DNA of 64,000 nucleotides from Narcine bancroftii (taxonomy: Eukaryota), in contig NC_091480.1 of NCBI RefSeq assembly GCF_036971445.1, positions 3,906,001-3,970,000 on the forward strand, read 5' to 3'. The number at the start of each line of letters is the position of its first letter. The stretch's first letter is position 1. A program made the translations under genes and the position numbers. This document shows positions 50,046 through 62,600 of the stretch, piece by piece. The notes below the pieces were generated by a model. The model was given only the letters and a program-made list of their open reading frames with translations. It was not told the DNA's origin and made no database searches.

Positions 50046-51320
50046 CTGAGTGATGAGAGGGAGACTCCAGGTCAGTCTGGGACAGACGGTCATCCAGTCT
50101 GCACTTGGTACTCACAGCGGGGTCTCCTTCACAAGAGTAAGTGAATCACAGTTTCACCCAAAGGACTGCTTGGCTTCCTGTCCAGGAGGACTCAAGGTCA
50201 CCCGGGAGAGGCACCAATTCACCTGCATTCTTCCCATCTGCAGCAGTAACATATGGTGCTCCAGCTTTCAATTCACATTTCCATCATTTGAAGTGATGTT
50301 TAGCAGCTCTTTGACCACAAGCTCTGAGTGCACGTTGAATCCATTGATTGGCTGACTGCCGTCACCACCAGTTAAAGATTAAACAAAGCTTCCTAAAGAC
50401 AAGTGATGAAGTTATCTTGTGGCTTTCCACAGTTCCATTGCCTATGTCTGACATGAATCATAGACTATTTTCCCTATAGCCCAGTCTATTCACTTGTCTA
50501 CCTGACCCAGGAAGGGCTCAGGCCCGAAATGTCGGTATGGAAACACACCTTTCCTGAAACAACACCAACCTCAAATGTCCAACACAAACAACTTGAAGGG
50601 GAAATGAAAATATTCCTTCGAGGACAGGGCAAAGATCAGACTTACCACAGGTGGCCCAATCACAGACACTGATCAGCAAAGTACTGGACCAGGGCACTTA
50701 CAACAGCTCTGGGACACCGGCAGCAACCTCCAGGACAGAGGAAATTTGCTTGTGGACATGGTACCAAAGAGTGAATGCGGCAACTCATGGACATCACTGA
50801 CCAGACGCATGAGAAAATGCAGATCTAGAATCTGCTGGATCTAAGAATGTTGAAGGGTTCTGGCTGGGAACATTGACCATTCATTTGCTACAATGATGCC
50901 ACTCGACTCACTGAGGACCTCCCGTAGTGTGTGTTTTGCTAACATTACTGACCATATCTGCTTCCAACAATCCTGGCCACCTCCTCAAGTGTTGAACGGA
51001 GAGGTCTGTGGCCACTTCGGATGGTATGGAGTGTGTGACAGTGCAGCTTCTAACCAAGGGCCAAAACCTCCGTTCTGTGGATACATCCAACTTCATTTTC
51101 ATGCAACAAATTGCGTTGGTACCCAGTGAGCAGATTCAAGTACCAGTCTGCTTCACATGTCCTTACCTCCTCCAAGTCCCCCACCATCAGCCTCCAGCCT
51201 GGACCCCACATCAAATTTAGAAGAACAGAACTTGTTCTTGGATTACCACCACTAAGTTTGAGGCAAGAGTGAGTTGGAGAAAGAGGTTTGCACCAGCACT
51301 TGTAACAGACATACGTTTAC

Positions 51321-51461
51321 CTGGTTTGTAGATTCTCCATTTCAATGACCTGCTCTCGCTCCACTTTGCTCAGAACATCTTTCTGTCTTCTTATTTCCTC
51401 CAGTAACAACTGTTCCGACCTGGTCTCCTGTTCTTTCAGCTGTTCTTCCAATGCATTTGCC
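51321..51461 (-). CDS. RAB11FIP3: RAB11FIP3 exon
   Basis: ANALEEQLKEQETRSEQLLLEEIRRQKDVLSKVEREQVIEMENLQTR, 141 nt, phase 2-2. Confidence 0.93.
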
Positions 51462-51662
51462 CTGTTGGGAGATGGCCAGAGAATGAGCTCTTGCATTGCC
51501 TCCACACCACTAGTGAGTCTCTGCCTTCATTAGCCTGACGTGGCCATTATTTTTAGCAATGTCAGAACTATACCCAGGAAGGGGAGCAAAGGGAAAGTGC
51601 CAGCTGCATTGAAATGATCCATTTAACTCTGGTTGTCAGATCATTTAACAAACCCCAACATA

Positions 51663-52262
51663 CAGTAAAACTCCTGGTATCAGAATTTAAGCAACCAGCA
51701 AAAAAAAAAGAAATAAATTATAAAAAACTAAAAAATAAGAACAAAATAATTGGCAAAAAAAATATGAAAGTTTAAAATTGTAAAAGTAAATATTCTCTGA
51801 AGTAACACATAAACCTTTGGTGAACATGGGAGCAAAATATTCAGCCAGTGAGAGCCCTGGTCGGGTTTTCTCATAGCAGCTGTTTGAGTAAAGTTGTGTG
51901 AAACAGCAATGACGTCGCCCAGGATGAAGAGCGGGTTGATGCCGTTCAGCCTTGGGGTGCCTGCTTAGTTAGAGTCAACCTGGTCAGAGGCTTTATCTGT
52001 AGACATGGACGGGCGGGGGGTTAATTTTCTATAATCTTATTGTTCATCTTTCGGACGGCTCTGTGGAGGGGGAAGGAACCTGTAGATGTTTTCAAAGAAA
52101 GTGAGTGAAAATAAAAGTAAAACATTTGAAGTTTTGTCCAGTGTGTCCAGTAAACAGTTTATTCTTAACGCAGGTGTATTGGTTAGACATTGTAAGAGGA
52201 AGTGCCGATCAACCAGAAAACACGCCAATCCCCATAGATACTGGATACCAAGGGTTTTGCTG
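51663..52262. mobile_element. Non-autonomous Tc1/mariner (pogo/Tigger-like) element, 600 bp
   Basis: TIRs CAGTAAAACTCCTGGTATC / GATACCAAGGGTTTTGCTG, flanked by TA on both sides. Further copies at 59690+ and about 32920-33060. Confidence 0.85.
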
Positions 52263-52442
52263 TATTGTGAAGCAATTTGTAACATCAAACTGAACTCAGC
52301 ACAGAGATCAGTGGGAGGTTGAAAGAGAGACAAGCAGACAGGGATAGAGGGCAAGTGTGGAGTTACAGAGGATTGGAGTTAACACAGTGCTCGTTGTGGG
52401 ATGGAAATTTGATGGTGATTCCGGCTGACACGCTGGAGCGGT

Positions 52443-52859
52443 GGGCTGGGACGACCGACACGCCGGCGCGGGGGCTGGGACGACCGACACGCCGGCGCGG
52501 GGGCTGGGACGACCGACACGCCGGCGCGGGGGCTGGGACGACCGACACGCCGGCGCGGGGGCTGGGACGACCGACACGCCGGCGCGGGGGCTGGGACGAC
52601 CGACACGCCGGCGCGGGGGCTGGGACGACCGACACGCCGGCGCGGGGGCTGGGACGACCGACACGCCGGCGCGGGGGCTGGGACGACCGACACGCCGGCG
52701 CGGGGGCTGGGACGACCGACACGCCGGCGCGGGGGCTGGGACGACCGACACGCCGGCGCGGGGGCTGGGACGACCGACACGCCGGCGCGGGGGCTGGGAC
52801 GACCGACACGCCGGCGCGGGGGCTGGGACGACCGACACGCAGCCGCGGGGGCTGGGACG
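52443..52859. repeat. 29-bp CpG-rich minisatellite (GGGCTGGGACGACCGACACGCCGGCGCGG) x about 14
   Basis: Exact 29-bp periodicity. Confidence 0.97.
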
Positions 52860-52878
52860 CCCTCCCCAGGCCTCCTAC

Positions 52879-52982
52879 CTGTGCACCAGCTGCAAGTTCT
52901 CCTGCTTAAGTCGACTGTGGACTTCCCCATTCGTTGTATTTTCTTGTTCCAGCTCTGTAACCCGCTTTTCCAGGACTATCAC
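52879..52982 (-). CDS. RAB11FIP3: RAB11FIP3 exon
   Basis: VIVLEKRVTELEQENTTNGEVHSRLKQENLQLVHR, 104 nt. Confidence 0.93.
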
Positions 52983-53323
52983 CTGCCCAGCAAACAGAGG
53001 GAGAAACAGATGGTATGAAGGGCTGTAAGCTGGGCGTGAGCATGCAAGAGGTGAGGGAAGAGTGTGGGCAAAATGATCTCTGCCGAAGCTGAAGCCTGAA
53101 AACAGCTGCTCAGGCCTGGGATATTGATGAGTGTCAGAAAACTTGTTTGACAGCACAGGGAGTATTTCAGTGAATATAGAGCCAGAGGTTTGAACACAGC
53201 TGCACTCAAGCCCATTCCTCCAGACTACAAACAGTCTAAAACAGTTTCTAAACAAAGTACCAAACACCAGCAACATTTAAACCGATGTGTGAGAAACGGC
53301 AAGCCTCCATTTTGAATTCTGAC

Positions 53324-53414
53324 CTGGTCAGTGAGATCCGAAGGCAAATGGCTCAACATGCTTCCGGGGAGCTCCTCCATGCTGTCGCTGCTGGCTGCGC
53401 TGTTGTGGAGGTGC
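53324..53414 (-). CDS. RAB11FIP3: RAB11FIP3 exon
   Basis: cttgcag|G CAC CTC... encodes HLHNSAASSDSMEELPGSMLSHLPSDLTDQ. Phase 2-0 fits both neighbours. Confidence 0.85.
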
Positions 53415-55192
53415 CTGCAAGAAGAGAAGGGTTTCAGTATTGACTGCTGAAGGCAGAGGCAGCTTCCAAAGCTGGCAGCACAGTGCAACCTCTCTTTGGG
53501 TGAGAGCTCGGGCAAGCTGTGCCAGGCACACCACTGTCTGTCTGTCTGACTGGGCACCGTATAGTCTGAACCAGCCAACCACACATCTCTGTTGAAGCCA
53601 CCTCCCATCGCACTGGCACTTCCAGCTCACACCACTCACATTTCAGCATGAATAGATTCCTTCCCAGTAGATGGAGTCAAGCAACACAAAGTAATTCCTC
53701 ACCTGAAACTATCCACAAGTACATCACACAATGGTACAGAAACAGGTCCTTTAGCCCAGTGTCTGTGCCAACCATGAGGCCAAACTAAGCTGCACATATG
53801 CTTCATGTGATCTACATCCCCTTCCCCTCCCCATTTCTTGCTTTCCCTGCCTCAAACATGGCTATCATATCTGGCTCCACCACTACCTAGCAGTATTGCA
53901 GGAGCCTAACACTTCAGGTATGGAAAAAACTTGCCTCGTAAATCTTTAAACCTTTCCCCTCTCACCTGAAAGCCTTATCCTCTAGTTTTTGATATATTCA
54001 TTCTGGGGGGAAAAAAATGCCCCGCCCCTTGTGATCTTGTATTGCTATCAAGTCTCCCCTCAGCTCAAGACTCCAGAGAAAGTAACCCAAGTTTGTTCAA
54101 CCTCTCATCTAATACACTCCAATCCAGCCAACACCCTGTTTTTTAACCTTTGGTATATAAAGGACACTGTTTGACCTGCTGAGTTTCTCCAGCTTTGTGT
54201 TTTTATAACAGCCTGGTAAACCTCTTCCACACCTACCCAAAGCCAACACATCCTTGCTGTAACGCAAGCACACAATACTCCAACTGCGGCCCGACCAAAG
54301 TTATGTTCAATTGCAAGTGAACTTCCCAACTTTTAGAATGTCCTGACTGACAAGGCAGGCGTGCATTCGCCTCCTTTACCTCCCTACCTACTTGTGTTGC
54401 CATTTTCAGGGAGCTGTGGATTTGCACCCGAGATCCCTCTGCACATCAACGTGCCAATAGGTCCTGCAATTTACACTACAGTTTCCTCTTGCATTTGATC
54501 TCCTAAAATGTATCATCGTGCAATGACCCTCACATCTGCCGTGTCTTGACCCAAGTTTCCAGCTGACCTACATCCGGCTGCATCCTTAAACAAGTCCACA
54601 GCACCATCATCTTCAACCTTGTTAAACAGACCACCTCTATACAGATCCACAGCAACTCCCCAGGACAATGACCATCAGAACAGAGCTCAGATCAATTGAC
54701 TGTGAAAACTGTGATGCTCTCACAGTATTGCAGCACACAAGACCCCACACAAATCAGTCATTAGCCCCTATCCCTCCAGCCAGCAAGTCTTCCCCATCCA
54801 CCAGTTTGATATCAGTGTCTGAAATGCCCAGAGTAAAAGTCCTTACACAATGCATTGGGTTGAATATTTCTGTGCAATAGAAAGATACTGCCAACCAATT
54901 CAAATGGAATGGGTTGAAAGTCTGTGCAGGACTTGGGACAGTCCCACCAGGCACATCTGAAATACCTCTCAGCGATTTGGAGGTAGCCAAAATCTGAGAA
55001 AGGCATCAGTTATACAAAGCTGGCAGCATCCAACTACCTTCATCCCTACATTTCAGCACTTGCACCAGATTTGTGCCACTTTAATCCTCATCTCATTGAG
55101 GATCTCCAGCAGATGTACTCTCTCAGATCATTCATTCCTCCCACCAGACCTTCATGTTACACTTCCAGTCTTCAATTGCAAACTCCACTTAC

Positions 55193-55228
55193 CGAGACAC
55201 CTTCTTGCTGCCGATTCTCATGATGGGG
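55193..55228 (-). CDS. RAB11FIP3: RAB11FIP3 36-nt exon
   Basis: ttctgcttttag|C CCC ATC ATG AGA ATC GGC AGC AAG AAG GTG TCT CG|GTAAG = PIMRIGSKKVSR, resembling FIP3 SPTKRLSSKKVAR. Upstream exons were not found in the window. Confidence 0.82.
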
Positions 55229-56428
55229 CTAAAAGCAGAAAAAAAGGATGTAGAATCAGGAACTGAAGCAGGAAAGTGGGAAATTCATGCACTCCCACTC
55301 CTTATCGAACTCTCCAAATGGAACAGGCAGACTTTGGGGCCACCGCTTGAAAATTATTCCACACCCACGTGTTCCTTGTTAAAGGTGTACTTTCATTACT
55401 GGTAGCATGGAAAGGGCTAGGAGATGGCCAGGTGCTGTCACTTAGCAGGACAAGTGTTCAAAGTGGTGGTCAACAGTCGAGGCTCAGCCCTTCCTCTGGA
55501 AGGGCATTAACAAGTACCCAGTAACTGCCCCAAAATGACATTCCCATCTGTGGTCATTACCCAGAATCTGAAATCAACTTCATGATTTAAAAAAACGAAC
55601 AGTGATTTCAGGAAGTGAAACCTGTAAACTGTGGTCACACCTCATTCACAGGACTTAAGTCGCGAAGAGAACATACAGGAGAGAGCAGGAGGCAGCTAAC
55701 CCTGTCGAGCCTGCTCCACCTTTTAACAAGACCATGGCTTATCCGACCCTGGACTCAGTCGGCTCCACTTACCCACCTGTTCCCCTTAACTATTAATTCC
55801 TCTATTATTCAAAATAACAAGTGTTAAATACATTCAATGAAGCAGGCTCTCTTTCCTCACTGGGCAGAGAATTCCACAGGTTCACTCCTCTCTGGGAGGA
55901 GAGGGGTTTCTTCTCACTGGTCTTAAATCTACTCTCTGGAATCTGGAGGCTACGCCCCGCGTTCTAGTCTCACCTCCCAGCTGAAACAACCTCTATCCCT
56001 TTTAGAATTTTACATTTCTGTACAAGACCTCTATCAATGGACAGAGGATTGTTCTCCGAGTCTGGTACACACTTTGAACCTGGAAGTGTTCCAGTTTAAC
56101 TGCATGTGCTCTCAGGACATTGTGTTACTTCACTAGCATGACAAACATAACTCTTGTCAACCAAAGCAAACAAGTAGCCTCCAGCTCCCATCCAATCATT
56201 GCAGACAGCGTTGCTCACTCAGCAGATTTAACCCCCACCCTCCTTCCACTGTTGGAAACAGGAAATCCTCACTGATTACTGCACTGGTTGCCTCCCTTCT
56301 GCTGCCATTGCAAAATCCATAGTTACCTTTCACAGTCATCCCAAATCGGTTCTGGAATGTCAGGGTGGGCTGAATTTGCATGTTTCCACATTCCAATTCA
56401 GACAAATGAAGGGGGATCCAAAGGCCAA

Positions 56429-56789
56429 ATCTCCATTGGCCATCGTGTCAGAGGTGCACCAAAGAAGAGGTACAAGGACTGCCTAAAGAAATCTCTTGGT
56501 GCCTGCCACATTGACCACCGCCAGTGGGCCGATATCGCCTCAAACCGTGCATCTTGGCGCCTCACAGTTCGGCGGGCAGCAACCTCCTTTGAAGAAGACC
56601 GCAGAGCCCACCTCACTGACAAAAGACAAAGGAGGAAAAACCCAACACCCAACCCCAACCCACCAATTTTCCCCTGCAACCGTGTCTGCCTGTCCCGCAT
56701 CAGACTTGTCAGCCACAAACGAGCCTGCAGCTGACGTGGACATTTACCCCTCCATAAATCTTCGTCCGCGAAGCCAAGCCAAAGAAAGA
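56429..56789 (+). mobile_element. RTE-clade LINE 3' end, 5'-truncated
   Basis: RGAPKKRYKDCLKKSL..IDHRQWADIASNRASWR..FEEDRR..C..CLSRIRLVSHKRAC-stop, a short 3' UTR and a simple-repeat tail (aagccaagccaaagaaaga). Confidence 0.85.
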
Positions 56790-57919
56790 CACAAGCATTT
56801 CCACACAGAGCCCCCGAGCTCCAGCTTGATTGAGCACCATCCTCATTTCTACTGTCGAGGAGGGAGAGGGTAGCTGCCAGTCCCAAACTAAGTGCTACTT
56901 CTCTGTGGACAGACCGTCTACTGCAGACTACCACAACCATTCATTTAAAGTTCCTGTAACTTCACTGCCCATTCATCCTCACCAGGGGGCAGGCTTACTC
57001 ACATTTTCTGATGCAGAGCCTCTCACACCATTATCAAGATGGTGAAGTGCATCTTAGTGCAACACCATAGGATGTAGCTGCAGAAATAGGTCATCGAGTC
57101 TGCCCTGCCATTTAATCATGAGTTGCTTCATTTTCCCACACAGCCCCATTGCCTGGAATTCTCCCCATAACCTTTGGTCCCTGGCTAATCAAGAACTTAT
57201 CAATCTCTGCCTTAAATACACCCAATGACCCAGCCTCCACACTGACCGTGGCAACAGATTCACCACCCTCTGGCTAAAGAAATTCCTCTGCATCTCTTGT
57301 CAGAGACTCTCCCACCCTAAGAAACAACTTGGCCACAACCACCCAGATGCATCCCGTAACATATCTATCCAAATTTCTTCCTTAATGACAATTTCATGCA
57401 TTTTCCTGACTACAGATGTTAAGGTTATAGGCCTCTAGATATCTCCCTTCAGCCTGCATCTTTTATAAACAGCGGCCTGACATTTGCCGTCTTCCAATCC
57501 ACCAGGACCTCCTAGAGTCCAGAGAATTTTTTATTAATGACCACAAGTGCATCGACTGTAACTTCGTTCTTTCAACCCCTGGGATGCATTCCATCAGGAC
57601 CAGAGTCCTTATCGACCTTTAGACCCACTAGTTTGCTCAGCAGTACCCTGTACTGCGGATGATGGTGTCTGCATTGAGGTCCTCACTTCCCATCATAACC
57701 ACCCTTTTCTGCTTCATACAAATAGATAGATTTTAACCATCTGATTTTGTATTTTGTGCTAGTTTAATTTCACAATTATTTTTCCTTTCTTTATTGCTGT
57801 GTTTAATGGATCTTCGCTACTTTTTAAAGTTTTCACAATCTTCTAGTTTACTACTACTGTTGGCAACTTTGTATGCATGAGCTTTTAATTTGATACAATC
57901 CTTTATTTCCTCCATTTCT

Positions 57920-58860
57920 TAAATTTCCAGATGATCAAAGTGGTGGTTTAGTGGAAAATAAGGATATCGAAAAATCTGGATGAGTTGGGCCAAGGAATGA
58001 CAGATGGAATTTAACTTGGCAAGTGTGAAGTTTGGGAAATTAAACCAGGGCAGGTCATACACTAATCATAGTAGAGCCCAGGAGTCCTGAAGCTAGGAAT
58101 AGTGGAGCATAGTTCCTCGAAAATGGTACCTTAGGGGGACAAGTGGTGAAGGAATTCGGCACATTTGTCTTCATTAGGCAGGGTATGAAATTGTCGAGTA
58201 CATTATATGTGCACTGAAATTCTTCCTCATTGCGGTCATACAGGTATGTAGGATACAGCAATATGTCCAGACAGAAGGAGAGATAATGATAGGATAAATA
58301 AATATTCACAGATGTCGTCAACGAAAGAACAAAGTGACATTTCAGTCGTGCAGAACGATCTCGAATACATTTGTACAAGTGTGGCATAACCTACAATGTA
58401 GTGTGTACAGTTCTAGTTCCCAGCTATAGGAAGGATATCAATCAGTTGGAAGAGATGCAGCAGAGATTCTCTGGGATGTTACTGGGACTGGAGGGTTCCA
58501 GTTGTAGAGAAGTTAGAAGTGTAGATGAGTGACCTCCATGAGGTTTATAAAATCAGGAAGATGAATAAAATGAAGGCTCACTCTTTCCCCCTGGGTAGAT
58601 GGCTCTTGAACAAGAGGACATAGGTTTAAGGTGAGAGATGTCACTCAGAAGGGGCTCCTTATCTAGAATGGGCTGCCAGAGGAAGCTGTAGAAGTGGATA
58701 AAGTGATGATGTTCAAAATATATTTGGACAGGTAGATGGACAACCCTTCCAAAAAGGATTATGGATATATGCCAACTGTAGGCAGACAGTCCCAGCCCAG
58801 AATGCCAACTTGGTCAGCAGGAACTAGTGGGGCCAGAGAGCCTGTTCGGTGCTTTACGAC
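57920..58860 (+). mobile_element. Degraded CR1 3' fragment with an internal insertion
   Basis: CR1 ORF2 C-terminal and 3' UTR-like sequence (gtacagttctagttcccagctataggaaggat, acaagaggacataggtttaaggtgaga). Confidence 0.65.
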
Positions 58861-59689
58861 TCGATAAATACACTAAAGAGTTGAACATTGTTTGAAAGAT
58901 TGTGGACAGGGAGGGGAGTACACTCTACAAAGAATCAGAATAACCTTCCATTTTGAATTTCCAGCCAGAGATTAAGACTCAGGACTGACAAACAAGGTCT
59001 CCACAAGCATTGTACATTCTGGATTAATTCACACATTCAGAGTTTGGGATTATTTCACCAAGAACTAACCACAAAATCATTTTCTAATGGCTTGCTGACA
59101 CAACACCAGGCTACTATTTTTAGTGCAGAGTGTTAAACAGAAAAATATCTGGAACAGAAGAATTCCTTGATAACGGCTGGTGAAAGCACACACGTCATGT
59201 ACAAATGTAGTGGAATGTTAAAGGTTTCAGATAATTGTTGGCCAAGGACAATGTTATGTACTGATAACATTTGTGGGAGAATTCCATGCACATGTGAGTA
59301 GGACTGGTGTGCAATGCAACTTAACTGCAGAAAATATTCAGGACCCCATGGAGAATCTGTGGAAAGATAAAGAATTAACATCTCAGAACAGTCCCAGGAC
59401 GTGCGACCTGGTCTGTTTCTCTTTGCAATGAGTAAAACACCAAAGTCTGCAGACATTATGGTTGAAGTAAAAAACACGATGCTGGAGAAACTCAGTAGGT
59501 CAAACAGTGTCCTTTATCGAGCAAAGATAAAAATACAGAACCAACATTTCGCGCTTGAGCCCTTCATCAGAGTTTGAGCAAAATGTTGGCAATTTTGTCA
59601 GGCACCTGCCAACATTTTGCTCGTACCTTGATAAAGGGCTCAAGCCCAAAGCGTTGGTTATGTATTTTTATCTTTGTTGTATAAAAGTA

Positions 59690-62600
59690 CAGCAAAACCC
59701 CTGGCACCCAGAATTCAAGCAACTGGCAAAAGGAATTGAGGAAAATAAATAAGAATAAATTAATAGTAAAAATACGCAAGTTTAAAATTGTAAAAGTAAA
59801 TGTTCTTCAAAGTAACATAAACCTTTGGTGAAGATGGGAACAAATATTCAGCCAGTGGAGAGCCTTGGTTGGACTTTGTTCGTAGCAGCTGTTTGAATAA
59901 AGTTGTGTGAAATAGCAATGGCATCGCCCAGGATGAAGAGCTGGTTGATGCTGTTTGCTGTTCAGGTAACTCTCAAAGTGTCTCCTTTTCCTTGCTTAGT
60001 AAAAGTCGTCCCAGTCAGAGCTTTTATCTGTAAACTTGGGGAGTTAATTATATATTGTAGTCACACTAGGCAAGTGGTGAGCAAAAGAACCACAGAGTCG
60101 AAAGTGAATTCATCCAACTGACTTTAATAGATCTCTTGCACACGTTTAAATCCCTCAGAACCCGATGATGCCTGTGACTCCCAGGACCTTAATGACATTT
60201 GCCACTTGCCTATGGGCTTGCCCTGCACCTAGAACTCAGTCAGATCTGCTGCGGACTTGCCTGCGACTCTGTGAGCTGGTTTGCCTGTTAAGTGAGCAAG
60301 CTGTGACTTGACCCGCCCCCCACCCCCATAACAGGAGTTAGGAGGTGTGGAGTCCACGGCTAACATCTCTTTAATCTGTTTGGGTGGCCAACCTCGTCAA
60401 CATGAGGGAGGCAGATTCACAGGGGGTTCCAGGTCTAGGTGCACCAGCTTGAGGCGGTCAATGGTGAAGGTCTCCTCACGGCCACTCATGTCAAGGACAC
60501 ACATGGTTCCATTCTGACGGACCACCTCATAAGGGCCCTCGTACGGCCACTGGAGTGGAGTCCAGTGCATGCCCCTGCGGGCCAAGATGTAGTCGCAGAC
60601 CCAGAGGTCCTTTGGGGCAAAGGAAGGAGCAGAGTCATGGAACGAGGTTGGGACAGGAGCTAGTGTTCCTACCTTCTCTCGGAATCTTGTGAGCACTGCT
60701 GCTGTTATCTCCTCTGTGCCACAGCCACTGGCACAAACTCATCTGGAACCATCAGTGGGGCACCGTATACCAACTCTCCTAATCCTGGCCTTAGAGGCAT
60801 GCCATCAAGGCCGACCAGGTACCAGTGGAAACGGTCTACCAGTCCGTTGGACTGCGGATGTGGGTGCAGCTGTGTCCCAAGTAGCTGTGCCAGTGCTTAC
60901 ATGAACTGAGGTGATGTTAAAATGTGCAACCCAGCTTGCAATGAGGGCTCTGATGAAGGACTCTGAGGACCTGTCAGTGAGCGGTACAGCTTCTGGCCAC
61001 TTGGTGAACCTGTTGACCACGGTGAACAGTTACCTTGCCTGCTGGGAGACTGGCAGCTGACCGATGACATCCACGTTGGGGGGGGGGCCTTCAAGTGCCT
61101 TTGGAGTTTGGAGGTCTGGGAGTATATGCATTTCAGGGCCTAGTGCTTGACCTGCTTGCGTAGGCTGTGCCAAGCAAATCTATCTGCCACCAGTTGGATG
61201 GTTGCCCAAATAGGCAGGTGGGCCGAACCATGTAGTATGTCGAAAACACGATGCCTCCAAGCAGCTGGAATGATGGGCTGGGATTAGCCGGTGGATACAT
61301 CAGAGAAGCCTGCTGCCTGTTGGGCCAATGGGGATGTCCTCAAGTTGCAGGCCCGAGATTACGGTGTGGTAGGCCACCATTTCTTCATCCAGCTGTTGTG
61401 CCTCAGCGAGCACCAGTTAGTCCAACCCTGGGCACAGGAAAATGCACTGAGTGGATGAAAGTGCGAGACAGTGCATCGGCCACGACATTGTTTTTCCTGG
61501 AGATGTTTGACGGTGGTGGTAATACTCTCGAGATGTATGACACGTGGCGTTGCTGCCGTGCTGACCATGGATCAGACACTTTGGCAAGTGTGAACTTGAG
61601 GGGTTTGTAGTCCATGAAGACTGTGAATTCCCACCCCTCCAAGAAATACTGAAAGTGCCAGATGATGAGGCAGAAGGCTAGCAGCTCCTGGTCGAAGTGA
61701 CTGTATTTCAGCTCGGGGTGGGGAGGGGCTGCAGGTGCCAGCTGAAGAATGTGATTTCCACTGACCCTTAATTAGTTGTTCCAGCTGTTGATGCTGAGGT
61801 GGAAGCATCAGCCGTGAGGGCTGTGGGCACAATCACCCGTGGGTGCACCAGGAGGGTGGTGTTTGCAAGGGTGTCCTTGGTCTGACTCCATGTCCCGGGT
61901 GATTTCCCTGGTCTTGCCGAACATCAGGCAAAACGGGGTCACTTGATTCGGGCCGCTGACGGTAGGATCGTACCCTGAACTCCTGTAGGCCCTTGACTGT
62001 ACTTGGCCTGGCAAACTGGCGTATGGCCTCAACTTTCACCAGCAAGGGAACCGCTCCATGCCAGTCGATGTGGTGCCCAAAGAAATCAAAAAGCCCAACA
62101 GCTCAAACTGGCACTTTGCGGGGTTGATGGGCAGGGCATATTCACCCAGGCAGCGACAGAAATGGCATCAAATGCTCTTGTTGCGAGGATCAAGACATCA
62201 TCTGAGTAGATGAAGATGAAATCCAAGCCATGCCCAAGTCCATAAGCTGCTGAAACATCTGTGCCACGTTCTTGAGTCCAAAAGCATCCGCAGGAATTCA
62301 AATAGGCCGAATGGAGTGATGAGGACCGTCTTGGGGTCATTGCTGAGGTGGACAGGAATCTGGTGATACCCGCAGACCAGGTCGACCTTGGAGATGATGT
62401 GTGCCCCGTGCAAAATTGGCTGTAAAGTCCTGAGTGGGGTTGGCCGTAGTGGCATCGTTGAGCCTTCTGTAGTCACCGCATGGCCTCCATCATCCAGCTG
62501 ACAGGCACCATGTGCAGCGGAGAGGTCCACAGTCCGTCTGGGTGCCAGACAATCCCCATCTCCTCCATTTTCCTGAGCTCCTCCTTGGAGAGGTGTAGTT

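Noticed and set aside
52308-53028. Repetitive ORFs, or a CRISPR-like array from the 29-bp repeat
   Set aside because: Units are directly adjacent with no spacers, there are no cas genes, and the context is a eukaryotic intron.
59133-59477. Possible upstream or alternative RAB11FIP3 exon (EFFCS-like text)
   Set aside because: Similarity is too weak, the frame stops, and no donor fits the 55228 exon.
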